From an uncultured Nitrososphaerales archaeon (GTDB lineage: Archaea; Thermoproteota; Nitrososphaeria; Nitrososphaerales; Nitrososphaeraceae): DNA of 64,000 bases. The stretch covers positions 64,001 through 128,000 of the forward strand of contig CAVOHZ010000003.1 of the NCBI GenBank assembly GCA_963695855.1, given 5' to 3'. Positions 51,874 through 63,019 of this stretch are shown in pieces. Both the position numbers and the translations under genes were made by a program. The notes below the pieces were generated by a model. It was given only the letters and a program-made list of their open reading frames with translations, did not search any database and was not told the origin of the DNA. Position 1 is the first letter of the stretch; every line of letters starts with the position of its first letter.

Positions 51874-53601
51874 TTGGAATTTGATGATGATACCTTCAAT
51901 AAAATAAAAATCATCATCTTGAAAAATGCCGTAGAATACCAAGAAGCTAGACTTGATGCCGTTATTTCAAAGATAATAGCTATGGATCCGGATTTCAAAA
52001 AAGAAATAAAAAAAATAATTCCAAAAATAAAAGAAGAGATTGACAAAGTAAACGAGTTACCGAAAAAAAGTCAAATAGAATTACTAAAAGAAATGGATCC
52101 GACTTATGGACATAAAAAAATAGATTCGAAGGATAAAAAAGAGTTTAATCTCCCTAGATTAAACAATGCCATAGAAGGTTTCGTTGTAACGAGATTCCCA
52201 CCAGAACCAAATGGATATCCCCATATTGGACATGCAAAAGCAGCAATAATTGACGAAGAATATGCAAGACATTATAAAGGTAAATTTATTTTGAGATTTG
52301 ATGATACTAATCCATTAAATGAGAAGATAGAATATTATGATGCGATATTAGAGGGTATAAAATGGCTGAAGATCAATCCAGATATAATCAAGAATACGTC
52401 TGACGATATTAATTTGTTACATAAATATGGAAAAGAAATAATAAAATCGGACGGAGCCTACATATGTACCTGTAGACCAGAGACAATTCATAAATTGAGA
52501 GCAAATGGAATCCAATGCAAATGCAGGAAGGATTTGTCTATCACTTTAGAAAATATGGATAAAATTTTTGATGGGTATTTTCATACAAACGATGCTATTA
52601 TTAGATTCAAAGGAGATATGTCTGGAAAAAATACAGCAATGAGAGATCCAACATTATTCAGAATAATTGAAAAAGAACATCCAAAACTAGGAAATAAGAT
52701 ATTGCTTTGGCCTACTTACGATTTTGCTGTACCCATTGAAGATAGTTTGGATGGTGTAACTCATGCATTTAGAACTAAAGAATATGAATTAAGAAATGAA
52801 TTGTATCGCACGATCTTAAAGATCCTCAAATTGAGGATACCAGAAGTAATAGAATTTTCCAGATTGGAGTTTGAAGGATTACCCGTCTCAAAGAGAAAAA
52901 TAAAACCACTAATAGAAAATTCCGTTATCAAAGGTTGGGACGATCCTAGGTTACCAACTTTAATTGCATTTAAAAAAAGAGGATTTACACCTGAGGCAAT
53001 TAGACAATTTGTAATATCACTTGGATTGACCCTGTCAGAGACAAAGCCTTCGATGGAGATCCTTGAATCATTTAATAGGAAAATAATAGAACATGAATCA
53101 AAAAGACTTTTTTTTGTAAATGAACCTTTTAAAATTACTTTAAAAAACTGCCCTCCCCTAGATGTTAAAATAAAGAACCATCCATCTTTGAATATGGGTA
53201 CAAGAAATGTTTCAGTTAAGGATATCTTATATATATCTTCGGTAGATGCCAAAAAGCTAAATATTGGAAGTGAACTTCGCCTGATAGAGCTATATAATAT
53301 AGTTATTAAAGAAATAAACTTTGAAGAAAAAGAGGCTTTGGCTGAATGCACCGGAAAAATATTGAGAAATGATATTCCAAAAATTCAATGGGTATCTAAT
53401 GAAGGTTTTGTTGAATATAGAATTATTAAACCTAATGTATTGTTCATTAACGAAAAATTTAATCCTGAGAGTCTTAAAATTTTGCGTGGATTCGCAGAAT
53501 CTTTTGTGTCTACCTTATCAAAAGATACAAGGATCCAGTTTATAAGAGAAGGATTTTGTAGAATAGAAGACAGCAATACCTCAATATTCACACATAAATA
53601 G
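51874..53601 (+). CDS. gltX: glutamyl-tRNA synthetase
   Basis: RFPPEPNG..HIGH, RFDDTNP, SKRK, GWDDPRL.T. Confidence 0.96.
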   Translation: MEFDDDTFNKIKIIILKNAVEYQEARLDAVISKIIAMDPDFKKEIKKIIPKIKEEIDKVNELPKKSQIELLKEMDPTYGHKKIDSKDKKEFNLPRLNNAIEGFVVTRFPPEPNGYPHIGHAKAAIIDEEYARHYKGKFILRFDDTNPLNEKIEYYDAILEGIKWLKINPDIIKNTSDDINLLHKYGKEIIKSDGAYICTCRPETIHKLRANGIQCKCRKDLSITLENMDKIFDGYFHTNDAIIRFKGDMSGKNTAMRDPTLFRIIEKEHPKLGNKILLWPTYDFAVPIEDSLDGVTHAFRTKEYELRNELYRTILKILKLRIPEVIEFSRLEFEGLPVSKRKIKPLIENSVIKGWDDPRLPTLIAFKKRGFTPEAIRQFVISLGLTLSETKPSMEILESFNRKIIEHESKRLFFVNEPFKITLKNCPPLDVKIKNHPSLNMGTRNVSVKDILYISSVDAKKLNIGSELRLIELYNIVIKEINFEEKEALAECTGKILRNDIPKIQWVSNEGFVEYRIIKPNVLFINEKFNPESLKILRGFAESFVSTLSKDTRIQFIREGFCRIEDSNTSIFTHK

Positions 53602-53609
53602 GTGGAAAA

Positions 53610-54494
53610 ATGAAAATCGCTAGAATAAAAAACGATAAATTTGGAGAAACTTATGGAGTGGTGTCACAAGACTTGAATAAAGTAATTACAAAAACAGAGA
53701 TACAAGAACAAACAGGGGTACCTATACCGCAAAACATAAAGGATTTCATATTTGGAAATTGGATTTATGAATTAAAAAAATATGAAAGTAAATTAGTTTT
53801 TTCATTAAATATAAAAGATGTGGAATTACTCGCACCACTGCCAAACCCCAGTAAAATTATTTGTCTTGCGTTTAATTACTATGATCATGCCCAAGATGCA
53901 GGACTAACTCCCTCTCAAGAACCAGTAATTTTTATAAAGCCAAGAACTGCCTTAAACAACCCATTTAACGATATTCGTTGTCCTGCAAATGTGCAAAGAC
54001 TTGATTATGAAGCCGAAATAGCTGTAATAATCGGTAAAAAAATAAAAAATATTTCGGAAGAAGATGCAATGAACTCAATATTTGGATATATGATATTTCA
54101 TGATGTATCTGCAAGGGATATTCAATTTAAAGATAAACAATTTACCAGGGGAAAGAGCATAGACACTTTTGCTCCCTGTGGTCCTTGGATTACTACTGTA
54201 GAGGAAGTTGAGGATCCTCAGAGTTTGAGAATAATTACAAAGGTGAACGATGAGATCCGCCAGAATTCTTCTAGTAGTAAAATGGTTATACCAATAAAGA
54301 AGATCATTTCTAGTTTAAGTCAATTAATGACCATAGAAGCAGGTGATATCATTTCAACAGGAACTCCTGCAGGAGTTGCAATGTCCATGAATAATCCAAA
54401 ATATCTGAAAGATGGGGATGTTGTAGAGATAAATATTGAAACATTAGGAAAGATTAGAAATAAAGTTGTTTTTGTAGAAAAGGTCAATTTGTAA
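53610..54494 (+). CDS. fumarylacetoacetate hydrolase family protein
   Basis: NY..HA, DYE.E, D.SARD.Q, GK..DTF.P.GP, GD.I.TGTP.GV. Confidence 0.93.
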   Translation: MKIARIKNDKFGETYGVVSQDLNKVITKTEIQEQTGVPIPQNIKDFIFGNWIYELKKYESKLVFSLNIKDVELLAPLPNPSKIICLAFNYYDHAQDAGLTPSQEPVIFIKPRTALNNPFNDIRCPANVQRLDYEAEIAVIIGKKIKNISEEDAMNSIFGYMIFHDVSARDIQFKDKQFTRGKSIDTFAPCGPWITTVEEVEDPQSLRIITKVNDEIRQNSSSSKMVIPIKKIISSLSQLMTIEAGDIISTGTPAGVAMSMNNPKYLKDGDVVEINIETLGKIRNKVVFVEKVNL

Positions 54495-54806
54495 TCATAG
54501 ATCAGTTCGTTGATACTTTTCAACTATTCTATTCAGTTTAACAATTTTGGATTCCAACTCTTTAGAATAATATTCATAACATTTTATTAATTCTCCTCGT
54601 ACATTAGACAACTGAATAGTAATGTTTAAGGCGTCTAAACAAGATTCGATAGACCGTTCTGTAGCAAAGACATTCATTTTACTATTAAATTGATCGATAA
54701 GTTTTTTTTGTTCGATTTTTTGCTCGTTTATTGTATTCGCTAGATCTTTATTATCATCAAAATTTCTTGCATTTCTAATATTTGACCAATTTACCATTGT
54801 ATTCAA
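54495..54806 (-). CDS. small coiled-coil hypothetical protein
   Basis: Intact ORF filling the gap between genes. Confidence 0.6.
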   Translation of the reverse strand: MNTMVNWSNIRNARNFDDNKDLANTINEQKIEQKKLIDQFNSKMNVFATERSIESCLDALNITIQLSNVRGELIKCYEYYSKELESKIVKLNRIVEKYQRTDL

Positions 54807-54915
54807 TTTTATCGAAGAATATCAATATTTGTGTTTTGCAAAAAAAATCCTTCTAATTTTGATAAATGTAGAATAACATATATAAAGACTAGAAAGAATA
54901 TTCACGATAGTTGTA

Positions 54916-55758
54916 ATGGTAGTCGAAAATATAGCAACAGTATCTTATATTAGGGTTTTAAAAGAGGATCTTTGTATTTTACGTATAAAAACAAACGATG
55001 GTGTTATTCCGGATTTTAAGGCGGGTCAGTTTATAACACTTTCGCATATGAATCCATGGGAAGGAAAAATTGTGAGGAGGGCGTATTCTATTGCCTCTCC
55101 ACCTGAACAAAAAAAATATATTGAATTACTCATAAGATGGGTTCGTAAACCATTACCAGGTCGACTAACTACTCTATTATTTAATAAAAGAGAAGGTGAG
55201 GAAATTGGTTGGATAAAGCCAACCGGAGCATTTACAATAGATGAGAAAAGGCATGATGGATCACCTGATAATAGAAGACTTGTTTTGATTGGTGGTGGAA
55301 CAGGTTTGGCCCCCTTCATCTCTTACACCCTTCACCTAAAAGCTGTAGGAAGTAAAAGGGAAGTAGTTGTATTGCATGGAGCTAGTTTTGTTGACGAGTT
55401 AAGTTATAGGGAATTACTTAGTGATTTGGAAGAAGAAAGCTTAGACAAAGGAAAAGATAACTGGAATTTTAGATATCGTGCAAGCATAAGTAGACCCCAA
55501 GAAGGTTTCAATAGATCATGGGGAGGACAAAAGGGAAGAGTAGAGTCATTCTTAAAACCATATCCAGGCACTGACAGGTCACCTCTTGAGAAGTTAGTAG
55601 GTGAAAAAGTAACTTCTGAAAATACTTCATTTTATGTTTGCGGTTGGCAAGGTACTGTAGATGGAGTTCTTGATTATCTGGGTCCAAAAGGGTTTGTAAC
55701 TGAGAGAAACAAAAGACCGGACGGAAATTACGACATTAAATTTGAATCATATGGTTAA
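54916..55758 (+). CDS. ferredoxin--NADP+ reductase (bacterial Fpr type)
   Basis: F.AGQF, RAYSIAS, GGTGLAPF, YVCG, E.Y C-terminus. Confidence 0.92.
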   Translation: MVVENIATVSYIRVLKEDLCILRIKTNDGVIPDFKAGQFITLSHMNPWEGKIVRRAYSIASPPEQKKYIELLIRWVRKPLPGRLTTLLFNKREGEEIGWIKPTGAFTIDEKRHDGSPDNRRLVLIGGGTGLAPFISYTLHLKAVGSKREVVVLHGASFVDELSYRELLSDLEEESLDKGKDNWNFRYRASISRPQEGFNRSWGGQKGRVESFLKPYPGTDRSPLEKLVGEKVTSENTSFYVCGWQGTVDGVLDYLGPKGFVTERNKRPDGNYDIKFESYG

Positions 55759-55775
55759 TTTTTTTATTTTTTGGT

Positions 55776-56114
55776 TTGTTTGAAATGAGGTTTGAATACG
55801 AAGAATTTGTATCAGTAGATGACTTACTACTTTATATGGCTTCTATTGCACCGTATATGAAACAATTGCTTCCAATTATATGTTATAAAGGTTATATTTT
55901 TTCGATACTGCCAATATCACAATTGTCAACAGAACATTTAATGATGGTTTATACTAAGGAAGGAATCCAAGGAAATATACTAGAATTTGATATTTCCTCT
56001 AGAACACACAAGCTGGTCCAATCTGTAGAAAGAGCGGACAAAAATTATTTTGTTATAATAAGACCCAGGTTTTCAACGTTAGCTGATAAAGCAATAGAGA
56101 ATTTAGAGAACTAA
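55776..56114 (+). CDS. hypothetical protein
   Basis: Intact ORF downstream of FNR. Confidence 0.65.
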   Translation: MFEMRFEYEEFVSVDDLLLYMASIAPYMKQLLPIICYKGYIFSILPISQLSTEHLMMVYTKEGIQGNILEFDISSRTHKLVQSVERADKNYFVIIRPRFSTLADKAIENLEN

Positions 56115-56170
56115 AAGATATTTTTTCGATTTCAATTATTTTATTAGTATTTTATTTCATTTATTTGCGG

Positions 56171-57770
56171 CTATAATTTTGGTGGCATTGCAGCTGTTAC
56201 AGAACGAGCTCTAGAATAACTTGCGATAATATCTTCAGGTAATGTTCCATTAAAAAGAATCCTTAGAGAGACCTCTAAGATATTTCATTATAGCCCAAGT
56301 TCCAAACTTGATAAGCCCTGCCATAAATAATTTCATTGGTGGACCATAGGATTTATTTCGTATGATAATTGGAATAATATCATTAATAACTCTAAGATTA
56401 TGTTCCCAACATTTCCAGAATAATGTAAATTGTGCCTCATTAAGATTACCAAAATGCATGGAATTCTTTTCTGAAAAATCTTGATACAACAATGGGGCAA
56501 CCAAACCTCTCATGTTCATTTGTTTAAAGTCATCTATCAAGTCAATAGTATACTGGGTTTCATCAGGAGTTTCGTCTGGCCAACCTATAATTAGAGTCAA
56601 TGCAGGAAACCAATGGTTCTCATTCAAAATTTTACATCCCTCTCTTACCACAGATCCCCATTCTTCAGGTTGAAAGGGTTTAGTTTTTACACCTAAATGT
56701 TTCTTAACCATTCTAGGCGCCACTGTTTCTATACCAAGATTAGTAGCTAACCATCTGCCATTAGAATCCATATCATTAATACTAGAAAGCTTCTTTATTA
56801 AATTAGGAGAAGAAGATACGGCTGAAAGTGTCATGTGAGTCGTACCAATAAAATTTGCACCTACAGATTTAAGGCCTGTCCATAAATTTATTATTGCATC
56901 GCCATTAGGAATGAAATCTTTATTATCGCATCCGTATAATAACATCTCATCTGACTGAAGCCAAATTGAATCGAATCCATAGTTAAGATTAATCTTTGCT
57001 TCCTCCTGTAGTCTATTAAGAGGTATATCTTTTTTTGATCTCTTATTAACGTCGCAAAAATCACATCCTCTTCCACATCCTCTCATAGCCTCAATAAGAG
57101 AATTAATCGTAGGTCCGTTAATTTTTGGAATATTTTCGATATTGCGAACAAAGGTATGCAATAATTCTGGTGCTTCTCCTTGCTCTAAATCATGAAAAAG
57201 GTCCAAAGCAAGTTCATCAGCCTCGCCTATGACAACAGTATCTATTCCATGAATATTCATCCGGTCAGGTTTGGCTAACTCCCAAGCACCGTTGCCACCA
57301 ACAACGACTTTAAAATTATATTTCTTTTTGAGCTGAATTATTGAAGCACACATCTTTTTGAATTTCATTGCAACATAAGATAGTTTTTCTGGAGACATTG
57401 TTGTCGTTACTGGGGCCATTCCTAACGGATCCATCACATTAATACCAACAACTTTGGTATGGGGCCCTATACATTTATTTAACATATCAGGATGAGCAAG
57501 AAATACATCATTACGATCATATTCTTGTAATAAAGCACCTTCAATGCGCCTTAATCCACATTGGGCAACCTTCACCTGACCAGTAATTTTATCCGTTTCA
57601 ACACTAGGACAAAAGAGTTTATCAAACACAAACTCCGGCACCAACTCATAAGGACCACATGCAATGAAGCCATACAGAAAATTACCCCTATAATTAGTCA
57701 TTAAACTTCTATCAGCTGTTAGAACTATCCGTTTACCTGAAAATGTCAATACAGTAGCCTCGTAACACAT
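56171..57770 (-). CDS. radical SAM protein with a 1-bp frameshift near the 3' end
   Basis: RGCGRGCDFC; the other frame continues LFNGTLPEDIIASYSRARSVTAAMPPKL* to 56171. Confidence 0.88.
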
Positions 57771-57831
57771 GCTCTTTGAATCATATATAAATTTATTATC
57801 ATAAACTTACGAGTATATCGTGTAGGATCTT

Positions 57832-58254
57832 TTAGTAAAATCCTCTTTCATGACCCATAAGCATAATTGATTTCAACTGCTTTCTATTCAAATAATTGAG
57901 AGCATCATAGAAATTGGTCCATATATAATCATCATGTTCGTTGGAAAGAATAATTTCACGTATATTTGTAGTTGCATAATAGAAACTTACCTCTTTTCTT
58001 GATTTTATTCCTTCTCCTTTAAAAAAAGAATAGCGTATTCGTCCTATGAAGGATAAAATATTAAGAGAATTAATACCTGTCTCTTCTAATACTTCTCTAA
58101 ATAGTGTTTGAATTTCTGTTTCGCCGTCTTCTTTATGACCTTGTGGAAATCCCCAGTAACCTCTACGGTTTCGCAGTAGAAGAAATTCTGGATCCTTTTT
58201 ACTTAATGGTGTTTGATATTTTATGACTGCACCAACAGATTTTTCTATATTCAC
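57832..58254 (-). CDS. NUDIX hydrolase (Ap4A hydrolase-like)
   Basis: W.FP.GH.E.GE......REV.EETG; start moved to GTG 58254 because the longer ORF overlaps a tRNA. Confidence 0.9.
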   Translation of the reverse strand: MNIEKSVGAVIKYQTPLSKKDPEFLLLRNRRGYWGFPQGHKEDGETEIQTLFREVLEETGINSLNILSFIGRIRYSFFKGEGIKSRKEVSFYYATTNIREIILSNEHDDYIWTNFYDALNYLNRKQLKSIMLMGHERGFY

Positions 58255-58338
58255 ACTACGATAGTTTTTATAAAATAGAATTATAATATTGTTTCTTAAA
58301 AATATTAATATCCAATTAATTTCATTATTTTTTATATA

Positions 58339-58412
58339 GGGCCGGTCGTCTAGTCCGGTAGGATACGGCATTGGCATTGCTGAGATCGTGGGTTCAAATC
58401 CCACCCGGTCCA
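58339..58412 (+). tRNA. tRNA-Ala(GGC)
   Basis: CGGCA-TTGGCAT-TGCTG anticodon arm; G3-U70 pair; GGTTCAAATCC. Confidence 0.93.
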
Positions 58413-58458
58413 TATAATTCAAATAATACAAAGTATTTATCTCATCAGACCGAAATAA

Positions 58459-59160
58459 TTGTATTTTGTTAACTGGGAGAGAGATATTGAAAAAATCAAA
58501 ATTGGACAAAAAGTTTTTGTCATAAAGAAAAATAAACGATTTAAAACAATGAGGGATTTTATACTAATATTTATTTTTACAGCGATATCTCTTATCTCTT
58601 GTCATCCTTCTTCACCTCCACCAATTGGAAAAAAAAAAATAGAAAATGAAGGTTTCAAAAATAGAGAGAAATTAGAATTAATAGGAATTAAAACTCCAAG
58701 ACTTATTTTCATTTCAAGTAAAGAAATAATAGAGGAATATATTGAATATGGAAATCTTTATGAATATTTAGTAAAACACGATGATATTGATATTGCTAGC
58801 AAAGCCGGAATGATAACAGGTATATTACATAATTCAGGTTATACATTTACTGATAATAAGAGTCAAAATTTTTTAGTGTCAAAAGATAAAGATCTCATTA
58901 GAATAGATCTCGGTCTAATGCAAGCGAATATTTCATTATTCGCAAAAAGTATGGATATAGGCACATTTTTAGGAAGCGTTCTCGACTTAGAATCGAAGAA
59001 ATATCACGAGATCGAACGAGAGTATTTAAATGGGTATATTAAAACAACAGGCAGTGTTATTCCCTACTTGTCAGTAATTTTAAGAAATGTCCTAGCTTTG
59101 AGTTTTGTAAATGATCATAACAAGATGATGAAAAACATGACCAAGAAATATAATAGCTAG
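58459..59160 (+). CDS. protein-kinase-like (Bud32/RIO/Kdo-like) protein
   Basis: EEYIE.G.L, LH..G....D....N, RIDLGL. Confidence 0.7.
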   Translation: MYFVNWERDIEKIKIGQKVFVIKKNKRFKTMRDFILIFIFTAISLISCHPSSPPPIGKKKIENEGFKNREKLELIGIKTPRLIFISSKEIIEEYIEYGNLYEYLVKHDDIDIASKAGMITGILHNSGYTFTDNKSQNFLVSKDKDLIRIDLGLMQANISLFAKSMDIGTFLGSVLDLESKKYHEIEREYLNGYIKTTGSVIPYLSVILRNVLALSFVNDHNKMMKNMTKKYNS

Positions 59161-59570
59161 ATAGGAGGAAGTTCTTGTCTTTTGTCGAATCCACCAGATC
59201 CAAATTTACAGTAAAAACATTGATCTGATTGCATATAAGGTATTCTTTGAATAACAATGGCACCTAGTTTTAATGCAAACTTCGTCATTATTCTATGTTT
59301 AAAGGGCATCGAGGGAATGACTTCCTTAAAATAAACATCATAATGATCTGGGCAAAATTTTAAAGTAATTTGTGCACGTGGTTTATTTTGAGATTTAGAC
59401 TCGTTAATTGTTCTGGTGAGTTGTATTTGTTCTCTTATATACTCATGTTTTGGGCAAGGACAATCTTTTCCTAACGGATGTTTATATGCCGGAGTATTTT
59501 TCCAATCGAATTCGGGAAAATTCTTATCAAAATCATCCATTCTTCTCTGATATATTAGAAGTAATATCAT
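59157..59570 (-). CDS. hypothetical Cys/His-rich protein
   Basis: CPCPKH, FCPDH, CFYC. Confidence 0.7.
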   Translation of the reverse strand: MILLLIYQRRMDDFDKNFPEFDWKNTPAYKHPLGKDCPCPKHEYIREQIQLTRTINESKSQNKPRAQITLKFCPDHYDVYFKEVIPSMPFKHRIMTKFALKLGAIVIQRIPYMQSDQCFYCKFGSGGFDKRQELPPI

Positions 59571-59668
59571 ATAAATTGTGGGATGTAAAATTGGGATGTA
59601 AATATTAATATCTAATCTGATTATAAAAATATATATATTTTTGATAATTTATAAAAAGTAAAAGCGGC

Positions 59669-60658
59669 GTGAATAGAACGGAACAGAGTAATGTCAATAG
59701 CAGAGAAGATAATTCAAGGAAGAATGATCAAGAACAAAATCTTATTTCTCTCAATTTGAATCTAAATACATTAATAGACTTTAAGAATTCGTTAATAGAA
59801 GAACAGAAGAATGGAGAAACGAAGATCCAGGAAATAAATGGGAAAATAGAAAAAACAAAAAAACAAGTTGACAAGGAAAGACAGTCACTCGAAGAGCTAA
59901 GAATAAGATTAAAGGAAATAAACGATGTAAAGGATGAAGAATTTCCCAAATTTATGGAACTTAAAGATCAGGTTATGAAAGCTAGAGATCAAATGAAGGT
60001 AATTGACGAAAAAACAGGTGTAAAAAATAGTAAAGAAAGAACAAACATCAAACAATTAACTAGAACTCTAGAACAACTTGAAAGAGACATACAAACAAAA
60101 AAATTGTCGAAAGATGAAGAGAGGAGATTAGTTGTCAAATCCAAAGAAATTGCTACAAAGCTTCATGCTTTGAAAGTAATACATAAAAAAGAAGATCAAT
60201 TTAGGATGATTTCAACTCAATACGGCAGTTTAAAGTCAAAAATCAATGACATTTTTGATAAAAAATCTGAATTTGGAAACAAAATCGGTGATCTGAAAAA
60301 GGTGTTAGACAATCTCTTGGACATACGTGAGAATTTGTACGAAGAAAGGAGAAAAATAATCAGAGCAATGAGAGAAAGTACCGCAAAATTAGAAATGGTT
60401 GATACTCAAATCAATGCAATAGAATTTAGAAAATCAAAAATTACTGCTGTAGGTAGCAAGAGAAGATTTAGAGATTTACGTGATAAGCCGTACGTAGGTT
60501 TACAATCACCTAAAGAAAGAACCAGAAGAAATAAAGAAAATATCCAGATATGGAATTCTATGAAAGAGCAGGCATTAAAGAAGATGTCTAGTGGAGAAAA
60601 ACTTACTTTTGACGAAATGAAGTTGATCTATAGTGATATGAATTCATCTGAACTGTAG
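59669..60658 (+). CDS. archaeal coiled-coil protein
   Basis: Heptads; QT..L...EE..LV and C-terminal GEKLT.DE.K. Confidence 0.8.
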   Translation: MNRTEQSNVNSREDNSRKNDQEQNLISLNLNLNTLIDFKNSLIEEQKNGETKIQEINGKIEKTKKQVDKERQSLEELRIRLKEINDVKDEEFPKFMELKDQVMKARDQMKVIDEKTGVKNSKERTNIKQLTRTLEQLERDIQTKKLSKDEERRLVVKSKEIATKLHALKVIHKKEDQFRMISTQYGSLKSKINDIFDKKSEFGNKIGDLKKVLDNLLDIRENLYEERRKIIRAMRESTAKLEMVDTQINAIEFRKSKITAVGSKRRFRDLRDKPYVGLQSPKERTRRNKENIQIWNSMKEQALKKMSSGEKLTFDEMKLIYSDMNSSEL

Positions 60659-60735
60659 AAGATTTGTGTGACTTCATTTAGTTATCTTAATTTAATGTTT
60701 TAGATATTTATACAGTCATTGAAATGTAATAGTAA

Positions 60736-61911
60736 TTGAAAAATTTATACTTTACTCCGTACGGCGTGGGACTAGGACATGCTAGTCGTTTAATCATTAT
60801 AGCTGATAAATTTCAGGATGAAGAAATCAACGTAAAATTTTCTTCTTATGGGGAAGCTGTAGAATTTATTTCACGTTCTGGATATTACTGTTCAGATGTA
60901 CCTCCAGTTGAATTTTCATGGAATACTCAAGGGAGCTTTTCATTTAAAAATACTATTTCAAATATTCCTATATGGTTCACCAATTTTTCAATTCAGGTAA
61001 TAAGAGAAGTTGAAAATATGACTAAATTTTCACCACATCTAGTAGTATCTGACTCAAGATTATCTTCAATTATCTCTGCCAAACTATTAGGTATTCCTTC
61101 AATAGTAATATTAAATCAAATTAAACTGTTGCTATCTCCAAGATTACATTCTTTCAAGATTGCTCGATTATTTGAAGAGATCAACGCTGAATTTATGGGT
61201 ATCTTTTGGTCAATATCCGACGAAATACTTGTACCTGATTTACCTCCTCCATACACTATTTCAGAAAATAATACATGGAATACTGGTTCAGTAACAAAAA
61301 AAATCAAATATATTGGATTTATATCTCCTCCTTATAGAATTTCCGAAAACCAAATTACAAAAGCATTGAAATTACTTAATTTCTCGAAATCGAAACCTAT
61401 AATTTTTTTTCACATAAGCGGACCTCCCAAAACAAGAATTCCTATTGTTACTAAAATATTAAAAATGAAAGAATCATTTGATAGTAACCTTCAGTTCATC
61501 ATTTCAGAGGGTAAACCAAATGGTGAAGCGATTCCAAGAAAAATATCTGAAAATGGATGGTATTACGAATGGTGTCCAATTCGCGACGAACTTTTTGCAT
61601 TAAGTGATATTTTAGTGATAAGAGGAGGTCATACTGCAATTTCTCAAGCAATCCAATTTGGAAAGCCAATAATTTCAATACCGATTGAGAACCACGCAGA
61701 ACAAATAAATAATTCAGTTAAAATATCCAGAATTGGACTTGGTACTACACTAGATAATAATGAAATTACTCCAAAAAAAATTGTTGAATCCATTTATGAG
61801 ATATTAGATAATTCAAATTATTTGATGAAATCTAATGAAATAATGAATATAAGCAACAAATTAAATGGAGTTGAGAATGTTGTCGATATAGTTAGGTCGT
61901 ATATTAGATGA
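60736..61911 (+). CDS. glycosyltransferase (GT28/MurG-like)
   Basis: G.GLGHASR, VVSD, RGGH..I..A...GKP...IP...H.EQ..N. Confidence 0.9.
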   Translation: MKNLYFTPYGVGLGHASRLIIIADKFQDEEINVKFSSYGEAVEFISRSGYYCSDVPPVEFSWNTQGSFSFKNTISNIPIWFTNFSIQVIREVENMTKFSPHLVVSDSRLSSIISAKLLGIPSIVILNQIKLLLSPRLHSFKIARLFEEINAEFMGIFWSISDEILVPDLPPPYTISENNTWNTGSVTKKIKYIGFISPPYRISENQITKALKLLNFSKSKPIIFFHISGPPKTRIPIVTKILKMKESFDSNLQFIISEGKPNGEAIPRKISENGWYYEWCPIRDELFALSDILVIRGGHTAISQAIQFGKPIISIPIENHAEQINNSVKISRIGLGTTLDNNEITPKKIVESIYEILDNSNYLMKSNEIMNISNKLNGVENVVDIVRSYIR

Positions 61912-63019
61912 ATTCATAATAAATGTGACATTTTTAATTTCTTTTCTTAAAAATGAGGATCTGAGTAAAGATTTTTTGTCACCCGAAATGTTACTGGTTC
62001 TAATTTTTTTATTGATTTTATTTTCAAAATTATTAATCAAATCATGATTTTTGAAAAGTAGATCAATACCTTCTTCTGGATCGGAAAAAGCCATAGGAAT
62101 CCATGGAATTTTATTATTCTTGTAACACAGATTTATGATTTTTTCCATCATCCAGAAAGGATGAGTATAAAAACTAAATGGCACTAAGACGTTAGGATCA
62201 TTATTTGACATAATTATTGATTTTAACATTAAAAATTCTTCATATTGACAGTCATCAACAGTAAATTTCAAGTCGGTAGGCAATAACCTTATAGAAATAC
62301 GCCTATTTCCAATTTTAGAAAAAATCGGATACAGAAGTTTTAGTTTTTTACTAGAGATCAAAGACATTTGAATAAACAATCAATATTTCTGGAATAAAAC
62401 CAAAATTCGATATGGTTTTTATGCAATTCAATGAATAATGATTGTAATATACTGAAAAAATTTTTTTCTTATTATAATTAAATGGAAGTCCGCCTATGCC
62501 ATCAATTAATTTGATAGGTACATAAGAATTTAATTTTCCTATATAGCAATAAATTTTCTTACTATTAATTCCTTCATACTGATTTGGCTTCAAACTCTGG
62601 TATTTTGTTTTATCAATAATCAAACCAGTGACCATAAATTCTACGTCTCGTGAAATGAAATCTGGATTCTCAGATACAACCTTAACCTGAAATCGTTCGT
62701 TGGAGAGTATGATATTTTTAGTTACCGATAATACAAGACCCAATATATTTTTAATACCATTAGAAGTGGAAACAGCTAATCCGATTTTTTTGATGCCTAA
62801 AGATTTAGACAAAAGATTAAAAACATAAAGATAATTTTGAGTACTTAAAACCAAAAAAGAATTCTCTGTTGTGATTTTATAGGATTTTACATTGTTTGAT
62901 TTCAAGGTTTTTATTATAGAAACCTTTATATCTTTAACCAAATGTCGGTGAATTGGAAAAATTATTAATTTAATATCTTTGCTCAATGTCATAATATTAA
63001 CAAATTTTTCTAGGATCAC
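61861..63019 (-). pseudogene. degenerate THUMP/ThiI-like gene split into two overlapping ORFs
   Basis: THUMP-like F.V.V......SRDVE...G, then G.GGLP; frames switch near 62360. Confidence 0.5.

Noticed and set aside
58255-58509. N-terminal extension of the NUDIX ORF
   Set aside because: Overlaps tRNA-Ala on the opposite strand; the real start is probably 58254.
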